Origin: Elusimicrobiota bacterium
Lineage (GTDB): Bacteria; Elusimicrobiota; Elusimicrobia; Elusimicrobiales; UBA9959
Reading direction: 5' to 3'
Length of the DNA: 24,437 nt
Assembly: GCA_037137395.1 (NCBI GenBank)
Contig: JBAXKK010000034.1
Span: forward strand, 1-24,437
Shown here piece by piece: positions 24,001 through 24,437 of this stretch. Each line of letters starts with the position of its first letter. Position 1 is the first letter of the stretch. The notes beneath the pieces were generated by a model that worked only from the letters and a program-made list of their open reading frames with translations, was not told the DNA's origin and made no database searches. Position numbers and translations under genes: made by a program.

Positions 24001-24349
24001 CCAGCATGTAGTTTGTGTAGCTGTGCACAGCCTCATTGGCTATAAGCAGCAGTCCGATGGGGCCGGCGGCCTCCGGCACAAGCTTCTCAAGGATCTTCAT
24101 GCCGGTGTCTTTGGCGATGGATTCCGGGGTGTAATCGTCCATTATCTGCGTGACGGTGACTTCCGGGGTGCCGTTGGCCACATTGCTCAGCAATTCCTGC
24201 CAATAATCGGAATTTTTAAAATCTTTATCGATAGTTTTTTCAAGCCTTTCCTGCAGCACTTCAAGGATAGCGTCTTTAAAAATGTCGGCGTGAAGCGCAG
24301 GCGCGCTGGCTAACAACAGGCAAAGTGCCGATAATATGATTTTTTTCAT
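21071..24349 (-). CDS. Large secreted hypothetical protein (~1092 aa) with C-terminal NTF2/SnoaL-like domain
   Basis: Start reassigned to 24349 (SD AGGGG; signal peptide MKKIILSALCLLLASAPALHA|D). Helical regions, a Pro/Lys/Glu linker, a beta-rich module, and a C-terminus EEITAFYEKFRAAYESRNAPQVMSLISDDW that fits an NTF2-like fold. Confidence 0.8.
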   Translation of the reverse strand: MKKIILSALCLLLASAPALHADIFKDAILEVLQERLEKTIDKDFKNSDYWQELLSNVANGTPEVTVTQIMDDYTPESIAKDTGMKILEKLVPEAAGPIGLLLIANEAVHSYTNYMLDFYKAQHMQEFRTAVIDPSKTTAELKAKYNAFVNDVINGGGVDMNIAYSERKKQEEEFYNAFLQRFAVLAKVERALAGRKDAQKIVVQKLKLMHAEAKSGVEAARDYLMAAGMDVSAASVKAFLFNSSNNSFASSVRTAANNAGQKKEEKKEPPAIKPAEKPANPTVTPGVTPGAQPKPEVKPEAPVVVIPSQPGSGPIGQSIKLLNAGRNTENQRTVDFSVFYSAYKSCADKLLFGDMAASTFVEAGDNIFAGAQQAYLNCAAASKTPGEAAECNRANERFAQDISQIKNNLSDLGGKLKGELENYRMQMLSAQKPGDKLTEISGAMAPDLTAAKEGDACYFSLSFLKSEDAVKKVAGCKTYLGFLGTVINQLELKTREIQDFTKAYEQKLTQDYASYSDRYARDYNLASYYGAQLDANIMKSLTDGSSRVQASLADKYAPLGEGIINELRRRMAQLTDKNRTEEKQLNLNIAFLNLIKPSATEVEKAYLITTKSGDTIDLRRFNASDYYNTHFKSLFQDFFSGALTLLSDKTKGYDPSEYMSYKQGNIKVWDSDKYPFYKSLEGHEAVLKEFTEKIAGLKELELERRHKVFAEAIKKAETEAERITTKTMDAAELLRVFTEAKPVRDALAWLTQPADNYQLYIGNASSLSAALMDATRAAYAREIEKIKAKERNMTAVFNKYKTADDKDAQGAYQRDLMDARTDLNEKKWKCSSQVWQAYREMGDAKSKQMESAMQKASPVNSLSLNGRPIRQNASESIEFGDKDLVNGEIVIKGGLYPATLGAVTALNLSLTGQGANIPLAVGEAFSYSFKPKAGTRYIIAVTPIMKDGNEAASWPANGDYFTVEFIKGSAEEITAFYEKFRAAYESRNAPQVMSLISDDWSAGDGTALSDLEENLSNNFRLYDEIRYSLSGLKIESGSGKYQACYDVTITSRIFKRNLKHEEKSKVCEELSGEAGGKLKISKTFSGSYWYIK

Positions 24350-24368
24350 TTTACCCCTATAAAAGCAT

Positions 24369-24390
24369 AAGGGGCCGTTGCCGGCCCCTT
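24369..24390 (-). other. Perfect 9-bp stem with GCAA (GNRA) tetraloop upstream of the large gene
   Basis: Minus strand reads AAGGGGCCG-GCAA-CGGCCCCTT, followed by ATGCTTTT and then the SD. Confidence 0.7.
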
Positions 24391-24437
24391 GTGCCATGAA
24401 TAATTTAAAACTTCTTTACTTTAAGACTCATGCTCTG

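Noticed and set aside
24350..24397. 16-aa extension MAQGAGNGPLCFYRGK of the large ORF
   Set aside because: It runs through the hairpin; the ATG at 24349 has an SD and begins a canonical signal peptide.

Overview
Bacterial genomic window (~50-55% GC by eye; lineage not established from the sequence, Elusimicrobiota is only a guess). The left end is housekeeping, all on the minus strand: rpsO-pnp-accB-small wHTH (DUF2582-like) gene-ftsK (truncated by the window edge), under a near-consensus sigma70 promoter. The centre (~3.99-18.14 kb) is a pilus/signalling island. On the minus strand a stand-alone Hpt gene overlaps a PilB/GspE-family ATPase gene whose product has an intact receiver domain at BOTH ends. 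On the plus strand, from a divergent promoter, lie a membrane-anchored Cys3His pilin-like protein, three tandem type IV prepilins with a constant N-terminal module (302 bp identical between copies 1 and 2) and variable tip domains, and a soluble PAS/GAF histidine kinase. A very large membrane hybrid kinase with three receivers and no Hpt converges on this operon. No DNA-binding response regulator is present, so the best candidate novel system is a phosphorelay whose output is the pilus-assembly motor itself, coupled to a modular adhesin-pilin array. The right end carries an SPFH/prohibitin gene, a bidirectional terminator, an ABC-F ATPase (uup-like) and a ~1090-aa secreted protein of unknown function.
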